The translations under genes and the position numbers were made by a program. Below are positions 41,254 to 51,720 of a stretch of 63,114 nucleotides of DNA, in pieces. The notes under the pieces were generated by a model. It did no database searches. It saw nothing but the letters and a program-made list of their open reading frames with translations, and was not told the origin of the DNA. The stretch comes from an uncultured Bacilli bacterium (GTDB taxonomy: Bacteria > Bacillota_I > Bacilli_A > RF39 > UBA660), in NCBI GenBank assembly GCA_947581835.1, contig CANPVV010000005.1, positions 1-63,114 on the forward strand, in the 5' to 3' direction. Each line of letters begins with the position of its first letter. Position 1 is the first letter of the stretch.

Positions 41254-42042
41254 CTATACATTCATAAGCATTATAACCGCTAAAAGTAACAAAACCATAA
41301 CTCCTAAACCGGTTGAAATAAGCATACTTGTAGTTTTACCTTCCATCTTCTCCAAACGGTTTTTATACTTAGTCTCTCTCGCCTTTTGTTGTAAGTTAGA
41401 TATAGTCTTTGAAAAAGCTAATAATTGTTCTTGCTTTCTTTCCTGTCTACCTAAACTTAAACGATAAAGAAGACGCATCATACGCATTGAATCACGAACA
41501 GGATATTGTCTAGCAAATTCCATATAAGGTTCAATTGTATCATCACCAGCATTAATCTGATTTATCAACTGTTTTAAACCATCTTTAAATATTTCAGGAG
41601 CATCTTCCAAAGATTTACCAATTGCTACTGGAACCGTATAATGTTGAATCAAAATCTCTAATCCCTTTAAATAATAAGGAAGCATAGTATCAATATCATT
41701 TAAATGTTTTTTATAATATGACTTTAAATTCATATAATCTACTTTAAAATAAGCAAAACCAATAACTATACAAGCTACTGCATAAACATAAGACATATTT
41801 TTAAGCAATAAACAAAAAGCCAAACCCATAACAATTAAAGCGTTTTGAACTCTTTTATTAAACAAAATATCCGGATTTACTCTATCTCCATATTTTGCTT
41901 TAACATAAAAATCCCAATCACTTTCTTTCAATCTTCTTAAATACATTTCATTATCAGCAATTAACTTACTTATACTAATTTTACCTGTTTTAGTAAAAAT
42001 ATAAAATATAATAATTGCTACAAGAGCTATTTCTATCTGCAT
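41254..42042 (-). CDS. tadC: TadC-like platform membrane protein
   Basis: T2SSF-like topology, second platform gene after the ATPase. Confidence 0.65.
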   Translation of the reverse strand: MQIEIALVAIIIFYIFTKTGKISISKLIADNEMYLRRLKESDWDFYVKAKYGDRVNPDILFNKRVQNALIVMGLAFCLLLKNMSYVYAVACIVIGFAYFKVDYMNLKSYYKKHLNDIDTMLPYYLKGLEILIQHYTVPVAIGKSLEDAPEIFKDGLKQLINQINAGDDTIEPYMEFARQYPVRDSMRMMRLLYRLSLGRQERKQEQLLAFSKTISNLQQKARETKYKNRLEKMEGKTTSMLISTGLGVMVLLLLAVIMLMNV

Positions 42043-42938
42043 TATTCTACCCCCACATCATCATTGTAATATTTCTCACCCGTAAGTAAAAAATAACAAT
42101 TTACAATTATAATCGCATGAAGTATTAAATGCACATACCATAAATCTAAAAGTTCTAAATAACTATCTCTACCTAACAATAACTGCATTACTAAAACAAG
42201 TAAAAATAATACCAAAGCAAATGTTAAGAATTTAGTATGGAATTGTTTTCTATCCATTTGGTCACGATAAACACCTTCAACTAAAGCATCTATATCCATA
42301 CTCATATTTTCTAGTGCTTCTCCTGAATCTTTTGCACCCTCTTTAGTAATTTGTAAAAATAATTGATGCATATTCTTAACCATATAATAAGGATATTTTT
42401 GATTAAAATAAATTATAGACTCATCAATTGTTCCATTTTGATATGACATATCAATCATCATTTTAATATCACTCAAAACTGGATCCTCAACAATTCCTGA
42501 ATCTCTAACACCCTCCAGAGATTTAACAAAACTTTGAGTCGTATTAAATTCCATTATAACATTTGTTGTATATACTTGTATTTGCTCAAATATATATTCA
42601 CTATAAAGCCTTTTACTTCTTAAATAAGCTAAATAAGGAATAAAGGCAATTGCTATTCCACCATAAATTGCCACCATAATTATACTATAAAAATACAAAA
42701 AAGCAATTCCACCAGCTAACCCACCTAAAATAACAATTTGCATAATATAATCTTTAAGCGTATAATCTTGTTTTAACTCTTTCATTTTAGCACTCATCGC
42801 TTGGAAACTATATGGAGCATAACGACTATATACAGCCCCAATTTGCTTCTTTGCAAAATTATAAACCGAATCCGTACCATTACTCTGTCTATAAGCAAAT
42901 ATAAACAATGCTATCGCAATCCAAATTACAAGCTCCAT
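42042..42938 (-). CDS. tadB: TadB-like platform membrane protein
   Basis: TM pair, cytoplasmic helical domain, C-terminal TMs, follows the CpaF ATPase. Confidence 0.65.
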   Translation of the reverse strand: MELVIWIAIALFIFAYRQSNGTDSVYNFAKKQIGAVYSRYAPYSFQAMSAKMKELKQDYTLKDYIMQIVILGGLAGGIAFLYFYSIIMVAIYGGIAIAFIPYLAYLRSKRLYSEYIFEQIQVYTTNVIMEFNTTQSFVKSLEGVRDSGIVEDPVLSDIKMMIDMSYQNGTIDESIIYFNQKYPYYMVKNMHQLFLQITKEGAKDSGEALENMSMDIDALVEGVYRDQMDRKQFHTKFLTFALVLFLLVLVMQLLLGRDSYLELLDLWYVHLILHAIIIVNCYFLLTGEKYYNDDVGVE

Positions 42939-42950
42939 AAATACCTCCTA

Positions 42951-44051
42951 CTATAATGCTTCTACTACTTCATCTGTTTTTTTATCATTTAAATGAAATA
43001 AATCATCATCCAATATAACTCCCTGAATTGCTAAATAACTCTTTAGATACTTAGTTGGATTATTTAAAGTAAACTTCCCATCTAAAGTCTTTTGATATAT
43101 TGTATTAACTTGAGGTTTATTATCATCATCAACATAAAACTCACATATTTCCATAATCTCTCTTTGAAATCTTCCAAGCCTTTCACTCATATAACCTTTA
43201 ACATAAATTCCTATTTGCACATATCTGTGAATTGTTGTTACAAATTGTTCAACATCAATATTTGACTCAATCAAACTATACATACGCATTGGAATTAAAG
43301 CAGCTTTATCAGAGTGAATTGTTGAAATAATATGGTGTCCAGAAGAAATAGAGTTACGAACAGCCATAACGGCCTCAGCACTACGAACCTCGGAAAGCAA
43401 TATCCAAATAGGGTTCTGTCTCATACAAGTAACTAAAACATCTGAATAAGAAGCAATATTATTAGTTTTCATCGCTACTATATCTCGATATGGAAAAATA
43501 CGATCTAAGTGTAACTCCAAAGTATCCTCAATTGTAATAATTTTTTCATTTTCTTTTGTTGTACTAGCAAGATACTTAACAAGCTCAGTTTTACCTGAAC
43601 CAGTTTCACCACTAACAATTATATTGGCGTGTCCTTGAACACATTTAAGCAAAAAGTCTAATAAATCAGCACTAACATATTCTTCATTAAGTAATTTTTC
43701 TCTATTTAACCGAATCTTAGCCGGAGTTTTACGTATAACCAAAGCAATTCCATTCGTAGCAATTGAATCATGCACGAAATTAAGACGTAACTCTGTACTT
43801 TCAGCATCCAAAAAAGGATGTGCCATATTGAATGTTTTTCCCATAACGTTTGAACACTGAAAAGCAAGTTTTTCAATTAATGGATTATTGATATCTGGTC
43901 TATCTACTCTATAAACACCTTTAGATAAACTCTTTAACCAAATCTGTCCTCCATTAGTATAGGAAATATCGGTTATATCATCAATATCCAAAAACTCTTT
44001 TATTGGCCCAAAATCTATTTGAGAAAATATTGCATCATTCAAATATGTCAC
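42951..44051 (-). CDS. cpaF: CpaF/TadA (VirB11-family) ATPase (likely TTG start at 44042)
   Basis: GETGSGKT, TIEDTLEL, MRQNP...SEVRS, His-box SSGH...STIH. Confidence 0.88.
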   Translation of the reverse strand: MTYLNDAIFSQIDFGPIKEFLDIDDITDISYTNGGQIWLKSLSKGVYRVDRPDINNPLIEKLAFQCSNVMGKTFNMAHPFLDAESTELRLNFVHDSIATNGIALVIRKTPAKIRLNREKLLNEEYVSADLLDFLLKCVQGHANIIVSGETGSGKTELVKYLASTTKENEKIITIEDTLELHLDRIFPYRDIVAMKTNNIASYSDVLVTCMRQNPIWILLSEVRSAEAVMAVRNSISSGHHIISTIHSDKAALIPMRMYSLIESNIDVEQFVTTIHRYVQIGIYVKGYMSERLGRFQREIMEICEFYVDDDNKPQVNTIYQKTLDGKFTLNNPTKYLKSYLAIQGVILDDDLFHLNDKKTDEVVEAL

Positions 44052-44078
44052 CTCCTTTACTTATTCTTATTACTATTC

Positions 44079-44924
44079 TTATTGTTCTAAATTAGGATTT
44101 GTATATACTTCTTCATCAGGAATACTAGCAGTATAATCCATAATTTGATCTTTTATCCATTCACTATTAACTCGAGTTTCACCTTTTTCACTAGAATAAG
44201 CAGCATTCTTAGGAACCGGAATAATCTCAACTACTCTATTTCCTAATAAGATTGCTTTACTTAAAAGCAAATATAAATTTACTCCATCAACTTCATAGTT
44301 AGGAACCGCAAATGTTAACAATGAAGGAACTTTACTAGCCGTTGTATCATAAAATACACTTTTAGCACTTGAATCTCTTACATCCAAAATCGGCAATTTT
44401 GATATAAATAAACCATAAACAAGTTTTCCCGCACTATCTGTCATTTTAGCATATAAATCAATATAATCTCCAGGGAACATTGAATTACCATATGTCTTTA
44501 ATAAATCAACAGGTACAGAAACTGGTTGATAACCTTCAGGCATAGTTCTCAAAATATTATTTGTAACACTAGTACAAGGTTTAACTTGTTCTTGATAAAA
44601 GAAACCACCTTGCGGAATACTAGTCATTTCTGAAACACAAAAAGCTTGAGAAGTGCTTACAACACTATTTACATTGGAAATAATCGACTTATTACTAGTA
44701 ACCATCGATCTTAAAACTTCCATTGTACCAACTGCATCAGCCGTAATTGCCGTCGTAGAAGTAAGAGTTTTCTTCGCATAAGGAATAGACACCTTTTCTA
44801 CTGCGTGCTCAACTCTGTAATTATAACCTACAAACAACACTACTAATCCAAGTAATACACCCAAAATAGTTACAGTATTCTTATTTCCTAAAAATCTCTT
44901 AAATGTATTTACTATATTTCCCAT
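44079..44924 (-). CDS. cpaB: CpaB/RcpC-like SAF-domain pilus assembly protein
   Basis: N-terminal TM, IPYAKK SAF-like start, GNSMFPGDYIDLY. Confidence 0.7.
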   Translation of the reverse strand: MGNIVNTFKRFLGNKNTVTILGVLLGLVVLFVGYNYRVEHAVEKVSIPYAKKTLTSTTAITADAVGTMEVLRSMVTSNKSIISNVNSVVSTSQAFCVSEMTSIPQGGFFYQEQVKPCTSVTNNILRTMPEGYQPVSVPVDLLKTYGNSMFPGDYIDLYAKMTDSAGKLVYGLFISKLPILDVRDSSAKSVFYDTTASKVPSLLTFAVPNYEVDGVNLYLLLSKAILLGNRVVEIIPVPKNAAYSSEKGETRVNSEWIKDQIMDYTASIPDEEVYTNPNLEQ

Positions 44925-44940
44925 TTTATCCTACCTCTCT

Positions 44941-46284
44941 TTATTTAGCCCAAAAAGTTGCTCCTGTAGAAGAAACACCTGTTATTCGATGATGACAATC
45001 ATTATCTTGATAATGCCACCACTCTGATGACAAATCTTTTAATTCTGTACCATTCGTCATAATATTATGTAATTTTAAAACGTCAGAATTAGTAGATAAT
45101 TTGCTTTTATCAGGGCGTAAAGCCGCCCAAGGCCCCAATTCATGCATAGCAGATGGAGTACTAGCACCTTCAAAAACAATATCAACCGCACAAGCAGTAT
45201 TATGAGCTGAAGTTCCTAATGCAACGAAATCTCCAGTTGCAAAAGTATCATCATTTACATAAGCATTTACTACCGGATCAGACTCAACTAAATTTTCAAA
45301 AGCACTTTTTAACTTAAGAGTAACACTATGTGGCCTATAAGCGTCATTAATAATCAACTTAACCCCTGCCGCATCAGCATTCTGCTTAGCCGTTAGTAAT
45401 TTTTTAGCAAAAGAATACACTGCAATAGGTTTATAACTACTATTATATAACTGTCCTAAATTCAAAGGCTTATTATGTGATTGATACTTACTAGTAGAAG
45501 CATTAAATATAGAAGTAGTAATTCCTGTAAAGGCAGTTATATCAACTGCTACATAATTACTATCAATCCAACCACAATCATAATTATCGGATTTAACAGC
45601 CCACCATCTGGAATCAGAATCACTCATACCTAAAATTTCAAACTCTTCAGTATCAGTATTATTCGTTTTAGTAGTACCAATCTGATTATTATGCTCTTTG
45701 GAATCATAAACTGCAATAGCAGACATAGGATAAGCCTTTAGCCCTTTAGCATCTAAACTTGTATCAATACCATCTTTACAAGCAGAAGTAACCTCCGGCT
45801 CAGGTTCATCTGGTTCATCACTAGGTTCATCTGGAGTAGGCTCTGGTTCAGCTTCGCCGCTACCACTAGAACCAACTTCAGCCGCATGTACAAGTATTAT
45901 AGCATCATATCTAGTAACTGTATCATATTCATCTCTACCAGGAATATAATTAGCACCACTATTACTTAATACTTCAACACTAACCTTTGGAGGAGCCTCA
46001 TATATACCATAAAAATTAACTTTATAAGTACCATTAGCATTTTGATTATTCATTGAAAAAGCTTCAAGGAAAATCTCCATAAATTTTTCTTTATTCATCT
46101 TAATTTCGTTATAATCACGATAATAAGCATAATCAACTGCTAAAAGCATAGCTTGCTCCGCAGTTTCTTTTATATTTAAATAATCTTGGGTAGAGGTAGT
46201 TGTTAATCCGTTAACAGCCATCATTAAACCAACGATTGAAACACCCATAACAATTAACCAATATCCCCAATAACTATGTGACAT
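44941..46284 (-). CDS. Pilin-like (DUF5411-like) N-domain + Pro/Glu linker + SH3-like + M15 (VanX-type) peptidase
   Basis: N-terminal TM, EPEPTPDEP linker, WWAVK...GWIDSNYV, DAYRP, SAHNTACAVD, EWWHY. Confidence 0.78.
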   Translation of the reverse strand: MSHSYWGYWLIVMGVSIVGLMMAVNGLTTTSTQDYLNIKETAEQAMLLAVDYAYYRDYNEIKMNKEKFMEIFLEAFSMNNQNANGTYKVNFYGIYEAPPKVSVEVLSNSGANYIPGRDEYDTVTRYDAIILVHAAEVGSSGSGEAEPEPTPDEPSDEPDEPEPEVTSACKDGIDTSLDAKGLKAYPMSAIAVYDSKEHNNQIGTTKTNNTDTEEFEILGMSDSDSRWWAVKSDNYDCGWIDSNYVAVDITAFTGITTSIFNASTSKYQSHNKPLNLGQLYNSSYKPIAVYSFAKKLLTAKQNADAAGVKLIINDAYRPHSVTLKLKSAFENLVESDPVVNAYVNDDTFATGDFVALGTSAHNTACAVDIVFEGASTPSAMHELGPWAALRPDKSKLSTNSDVLKLHNIMTNGTELKDLSSEWWHYQDNDCHHRITGVSSTGATFWAK

Positions 46285-46300
46285 TTTCTACCTCTCCTTT

Positions 46301-49300
46301 CTACTTCCAAGCTGGTCCTAACATTTCAAGATCATTTATTGTACCAGACCATAAAGTAAAGTATTCATTAACATTTGGTCTATCAAAATTTCTACCTCTA
46401 TCTCTTACAGCAGGTCCACTAGCACTACTAGATGCTTCAATATATTTGTCCAAGTAATCACTATAGCAAACGGCCTTTTCATAAGTATTACCACTAGCAT
46501 CACTAATATCTACACAACGCATAGTCTTCGAATTAGCATATCCACTATCATCTAAATCTTTCTCAACATTTTCTTTCATTTTTCTAGTTAAAGCTGGATC
46601 AACAGTAATACTTAAAATTGGATCAGATTCATAAATACCATTACCAATTTCCTCAATTTCTTCTCTAGTAGCAGAACCTTTTTCATTGCTCCAGTTATAT
46701 GAAGCAGGTTCTTCCGAATCATCTAAACTTGGGAACATATTATTTAACGAAATAGGCTTCTCATAATAAGTATCTCCATCATCATATATACATCCTATAG
46801 AAATACATTCTGAAATACAATCATCGCCTTCACAAGGAGGACCACATGGTGGAATACAACCACTTGGACAATCAGGACAACTAGGATCTTCCTCATCTTC
46901 ACAAGTAAATGTTTTACCATCAATTACAATATTAACTAAATACTTACAATTATAAGCCAATTTACCAGCCATATCATCAGTAGCAAAATAATCTACATAT
47001 CTACCATAGGTACCAACACGGCCTGCTTCATAATATTCTCCAATACCTTCAAGATTTATATAATAATTAAATACACCTTTTCTATCAGAAGTTCCATCAG
47101 AAGTAAAATGATCACGTGCTACTGGCAATGCTCCGTTACCGTCTTTATCATCTACTTTTGTAAAGCTTACTTCACTTGGATCTGGCTCATCAACAACTAC
47201 AGAACCATCTGGGTGAATTTGATAGAATAATATTTTTGGTACATACTTAGCTGTAATTTTAGTTTCTATCTTTTTATATCTAGCATCTGATACTTCTTGA
47301 GTTCCTTCATTTAATCCTGCCTCACACTTGCTTTCATCGCATGATACAAATTTAATAGGAGTTTTCCGTTCAGCAGAACCAGGATCTTTAGTACACTCAG
47401 TATAACCATCGTCACCTTTATCACTTATTTCAGCTGTAGACTCATTACCAGTACCAGGAGTAACAATAGAATTACAATACCACTCTTCTGGTGAACCCTT
47501 AGTTACAGTTGCTTCCATATTTTCAGTATTGCCTCTAATTAAATCCATATATTCTTCATCATATTCATAAGATACAGTACCATTATAATTATATTCATAA
47601 GTCCATTCAGAACATAAATTAAACTCTTTTGTAATTGTATTTAAACGTTCCTTAGCTGTATTAAGATGAGCCAATAAAGAACTTAACTTATTCTTTAAAT
47701 CATCTTGCATTTTAGTAGGATTACCATCATCAGCAGCATCATCTACACCACAACCATCATCAGAATAATCAGTATCAGTATGATAATCATCACCCTTTAT
47801 ATGTTCATCATCTTCACCGACTGTTAATGAACCATATTCAGTTTCGTGTGACTCAGCAGCAATTTCAACTACACCAGTATCTTCATGTTTTGCAGTAATC
47901 CTATAATAAGTATAAGTAGCCTTAGCATAATATTCATTCCAGTCATCAGTTGCAGGCATTCCTTCACAACCTTCTGTTCCATCACCATCAGCATCTGCTA
48001 AGCAACAACCAGAAGAACTAGATTGAGGATTAGCTGTATAACTAGCAGGATCTACCTTAGATAAAGCCAAATATTTAGCATATTCATTATAAGCATCAAT
48101 TATAGCTTCTTGAGCTTCTATCATATCTTTATTATAAATTTCTCTTTGAATAGTATTAGTATAACATGTTTGTGTACCCTCTACTTTTGCTCTAAATGAG
48201 AAATATCTTCCGGCATTTACTAACTTAGCTGTAGGCATCTTCATTAAATAATCTTCCTTACAAGATACAGTACAGTATTTATTACCGCCACCGCTACTAC
48301 CATTATTAGCCATTACCTGTGTAATATAAGTATTATCTTTACTATCAGCACTAATTTCTGGATGAGTTTCAACCTCAGAACATCCATTATCGCCTTGACA
48401 GTTTTTATCAATTATATCAACAAAACAAGCATAATTCGAATGAGGCCCATATATATAAGCATCTTGATAATCTTTAACTTGATTACCACCACCAGCACCG
48501 CCTCCGACAGTACCAGTAACTTCACTTTCGGCATCTAAAGCATCTGGATCTCCAGCATTAACAGTTGAAGAGAAAATTACATTATTATTTTCATCGCAAC
48601 AAGCAAACTGACTCATTTCTGGATCACAAGTAATTGTTAAAGGTTCACCATCACACTCATCTTTATAATCTTGACAATATTCACTACTTGGATCACCACT
48701 TGCATTACATAAAGCCTGTAAAGAATCACATCTATCACAAGTTCCATCTTCAGCATAATCATCAAGTGTCTGACACATTGGATCACTTAAATCTCCAGCT
48801 GCAGTACACTCATCAATTAATTCTTCACAAGTAACACATTTTTTCGCTGGATCCTTAAATTTTTGACAATTTTCATCAGTATCTGGATCATCAGCATTCT
48901 CACAAAGGGCTTCCCACGTAGTACAACTCTCTGGACAATCATTATCTGGATCCTTTAATTCATCACATGCATCGGTATCGCCATCTTTACAATCTTTCTC
49001 CCATGTTTTACAACTAGGACAATCATTATCATCAAACTTTTTGCAATTTTCATCGTTATCTGGATCATCAGCTTTTTCACAAAGTACTTCCCATGTAGTA
49101 CAATCATCAGGACATAATTCTTCTAAATCATCGCACGCATCACTTTCAGGATCTTCATCACATTCATTTACTAAATCAGTACAACAACCGTTATCTTCAT
49201 CTTTAAAGTTTTTACAATTTTCGTCATTCTCTGGATCATCTGAAATCTTACATAAAGCTTCCCACACGATACAATCAGGACACTCTCCGTCTTTTTGTGC

Positions 49301-50887
49301 ATCCTTTAAGTCATCACATGCTTCAGTATCGCCACCAACACAATCTTCAGCTAATTCTTCACATTCAGCACAATCTCCAGTTAAATTAATTTCACCAGTA
49401 AGTGAACCAGTGTAATCCTCGCCATCCTTATCACTATCTTCGTCGGTCTTAGCATCAGGAGTATATGTCAAAAATCTTTGACGACTATTTTTAGCAGAGT
49501 CATAATCACCAGCGCCACCAACAGTATCATCAGTGCTACGCCATACTACACCAACATCATCAGAAAATTCATTTGTAGAATTAGAATCATCTCCAGCACT
49601 ATAAACATAATTCAAAGTATATTTCATTGGTTGTTTATCACATAATAACTTATCAAGAGTTACACCATCATTCAAAGATTTATAACCTTTAAATTCAATA
49701 GTTATTGTAATAGTCATTTCTTCAGTAATAGTAACTCCATCAGCTTTTAACAAATTTTTATCTTCGCCGAGCCATTCACTATTACAACTTCCACTTGAAG
49801 GCTCACTTTCACTACCTCCAACCTCATCACAAACAACTTTACCACCAACATCAATTTTTACTATTGCTGGTTCTTCTGAGGCACCATACTCTTTAGCACC
49901 TCCATCATAAGTTAAATCCTTAAGAGCAAATTTAAGTTTATCATTATCTGGGTCCAAACCTTTTAAAGTTAATTTATGTTCAACTCTTTGAAAAAGCATT
50001 GTACCATTTGAATCTTCAAATGGAGTGGCTTTAGTTCCAGTAGAAGTTGCAGTTTCAGCTTTAACTTCCATTTTTCCACCATTTTTAGCTTTTTTAGCAT
50101 ACTCTAAAGCAGCTGTTAAAGCAGAAGCATAATAACTCTTAGCTCCTGATACAGTCTGATCAGTATTAGAAGCTTCAACCCATACATAATCATTCCAACA
50201 ATAATCATTTTCAGATTTACATGTTTTATATTGATCACCATAAGCATTAGTTTTTAAACCACCAACTAAACCATTTAACTCTTCATATGTTGAACGTAAA
50301 CTTGCATCATAATGTAACCAATTATTTACGTTATTATAACAAGCACGAAGTAGCTCTTTAGCCAAATCGCCAGATTTACGTTTACTTTGTAAAGATTGTG
50401 GAGTATCCAACATACCAAATGTCGCAGCAATGCCTCTAATTGCTAAACTACGATTTACATAATCAGAACTACTTGTAGTAGCATCTTTTAAAAGATACAT
50501 TAAAGCGTAATCAGCAACATCCCACTTACTGCCTGGAGTAGTTGGCCCCAAAGTTGTAACATCTGTAAATAAAAATCTTTCAGCATACATACTTGATTTT
50601 GAAGTTAACGGAGCATCCAAACAAAAAGCAGGCTTACCATCTATTGTATGTATATAATATAATGGTTTCTGATAACCCATATCACTTATATAAAGCACAA
50701 CGCCAAATTTATCAGAAGTATCTTTATTTACGACAGTCTTACTCTTTTGAGTCGGGCCTTCGCTCATACTCGTTGCAGCAGTATAAGGCCCCCATGTCTT
50801 CTTAGCAGCCCATACATTTTTTTGCCAACCAAAACTTATTGTAAGTAAAATAAGTATCAAGCTTAATAATCTTAAACTTTTTTTCAT
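46301..50887 (-). CDS. Giant secreted Cys/Asp-rich protein
   Basis: Signal peptide, 1528 aa, central Cys repeats, no C-terminal anchor. Confidence 0.85.
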   Translation of the reverse strand: MKKSLRLLSLILILLTISFGWQKNVWAAKKTWGPYTAATSMSEGPTQKSKTVVNKDTSDKFGVVLYISDMGYQKPLYYIHTIDGKPAFCLDAPLTSKSSMYAERFLFTDVTTLGPTTPGSKWDVADYALMYLLKDATTSSSDYVNRSLAIRGIAATFGMLDTPQSLQSKRKSGDLAKELLRACYNNVNNWLHYDASLRSTYEELNGLVGGLKTNAYGDQYKTCKSENDYCWNDYVWVEASNTDQTVSGAKSYYASALTAALEYAKKAKNGGKMEVKAETATSTGTKATPFEDSNGTMLFQRVEHKLTLKGLDPDNDKLKFALKDLTYDGGAKEYGASEEPAIVKIDVGGKVVCDEVGGSESEPSSGSCNSEWLGEDKNLLKADGVTITEEMTITITIEFKGYKSLNDGVTLDKLLCDKQPMKYTLNYVYSAGDDSNSTNEFSDDVGVVWRSTDDTVGGAGDYDSAKNSRQRFLTYTPDAKTDEDSDKDGEDYTGSLTGEINLTGDCAECEELAEDCVGGDTEACDDLKDAQKDGECPDCIVWEALCKISDDPENDENCKNFKDEDNGCCTDLVNECDEDPESDACDDLEELCPDDCTTWEVLCEKADDPDNDENCKKFDDNDCPSCKTWEKDCKDGDTDACDELKDPDNDCPESCTTWEALCENADDPDTDENCQKFKDPAKKCVTCEELIDECTAAGDLSDPMCQTLDDYAEDGTCDRCDSLQALCNASGDPSSEYCQDYKDECDGEPLTITCDPEMSQFACCDENNNVIFSSTVNAGDPDALDAESEVTGTVGGGAGGGNQVKDYQDAYIYGPHSNYACFVDIIDKNCQGDNGCSEVETHPEISADSKDNTYITQVMANNGSSGGGNKYCTVSCKEDYLMKMPTAKLVNAGRYFSFRAKVEGTQTCYTNTIQREIYNKDMIEAQEAIIDAYNEYAKYLALSKVDPASYTANPQSSSSGCCLADADGDGTEGCEGMPATDDWNEYYAKATYTYYRITAKHEDTGVVEIAAESHETEYGSLTVGEDDEHIKGDDYHTDTDYSDDGCGVDDAADDGNPTKMQDDLKNKLSSLLAHLNTAKERLNTITKEFNLCSEWTYEYNYNGTVSYEYDEEYMDLIRGNTENMEATVTKGSPEEWYCNSIVTPGTGNESTAEISDKGDDGYTECTKDPGSAERKTPIKFVSCDESKCEAGLNEGTQEVSDARYKKIETKITAKYVPKILFYQIHPDGSVVVDEPDPSEVSFTKVDDKDGNGALPVARDHFTSDGTSDRKGVFNYYINLEGIGEYYEAGRVGTYGRYVDYFATDDMAGKLAYNCKYLVNIVIDGKTFTCEDEEDPSCPDCPSGCIPPCGPPCEGDDCISECISIGCIYDDGDTYYEKPISLNNMFPSLDDSEEPASYNWSNEKGSATREEIEEIGNGIYESDPILSITVDPALTRKMKENVEKDLDDSGYANSKTMRCVDISDASGNTYEKAVCYSDYLDKYIEASSSASGPAVRDRGRNFDRPNVNEYFTLWSGTINDLEMLGPAWK
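48650..49375 (-). repeat. About eight tandem Cys-rich acidic repeats
   Basis: CxxWExLC...DDPxxDENCxxFxD alternating with CxxLxxxC...xxACDxL. Confidence 0.85.
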
Positions 50888-50888
50888 A

Positions 50889-51680
50889 TTATACTACTCT
50901 CCTTTTTCTTACTATTATCACTACTGCTGTAGCCACCCCTGCAACAATAATTACAACACTTGTCGCAATTATTGTGTTTTTATTCTTTTCAAAAAATCCC
51001 TTTTCTTTCTCTTTTTCTTCCTCTTTTTCTTGATTTTCTTTATTAGCTCTATAAGCATCCATTCGATTAATCATTTCCTCAGCTGAAAGAGTTTGTTCAT
51101 ATTCTACATACTCATGACACAAATAATACTCAGAAATGCCTTCACATACTCCATAAGTACTAAACTCATTACGCCTAGGAAGAGTTTTTTTAATCGTCCT
51201 TATATTATTTCTAATGCAATCACTATCAACTGCTTTTACATCAATAGTAAATGTATTTATACGAGACAAATCATAATCTTTTACAATAACAGTACCATTT
51301 TCACTATCCTCGTAAGTATATTTCTTAGTTTTCCCACTAAAAGAATCCTTAACTTCTACATAAATATTTTCCGTTAAATTAGTTATATAAATCTTAAAAA
51401 AAGTTACATAAGAAACATAATTTTTTTCGCCTTCCTCAGTAAGACCATCTGGTGGAGTATAAGAATCCTTAGGCTCCTCTTCTTGTGTCACTTCATAACT
51501 CACTTGTACTTTATAGGCTTCATTTCTAATTTGATTAGACACTGATGCCTCACACGCTGCTGATACTTTTGTTACTGACATCATGAATACCATCATGAAA
51601 ACCACTAACATTCTAATTTTTTTCATAGTATACACCAACCTCATAACTAAGATTATAGCACGTTGTAAACATTTTTTCAA
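50889..51680 (-). CDS. Exported protein with C-terminal TM anchor, first gene of the Tad operon (likely start 51626)
   Basis: Signal peptide ...VSA, C-terminal TM + RKRR, 1-bp gap to the next gene. Confidence 0.8.
   Translation of the reverse strand: MKKCLQRAIILVMRLVYTMKKIRMLVVFMMVFMMSVTKVSAACEASVSNQIRNEAYKVQVSYEVTQEEEPKDSYTPPDGLTEEGEKNYVSYVTFFKIYITNLTENIYVEVKDSFSGKTKKYTYEDSENGTVIVKDYDLSRINTFTIDVKAVDSDCIRNNIRTIKKTLPRRNEFSTYGVCEGISEYYLCHEYVEYEQTLSAEEMINRMDAYRANKENQEKEEEKEKEKGFFEKNKNTIIATSVVIIVAGVATAVVIIVRKRRVV
51652..51680 (-). promoter_or_regulatory. sigmaA promoter of the Tad operon
   Basis: TTGAAA-17 bp-TATAAT with extended TG. Confidence 0.75.
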
Positions 51681-51720
51681 GTATTAATATTGCACTTAAA
51701 AAGAAGGCCCTAAAGCCTCT

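Noticed and set aside
44941-45450. vanX vancomycin-resistance gene
   Set aside because: The M15 domain is part of an exported fusion, and there are no vanA/H/R/S genes.
40615-51680. Tad operon as a tRNA-integrated conjugative island
   Set aside because: It lies on the 5' side of the tRNA, and no att duplication, integrase, relaxase or VirB4/VirD4 is seen.
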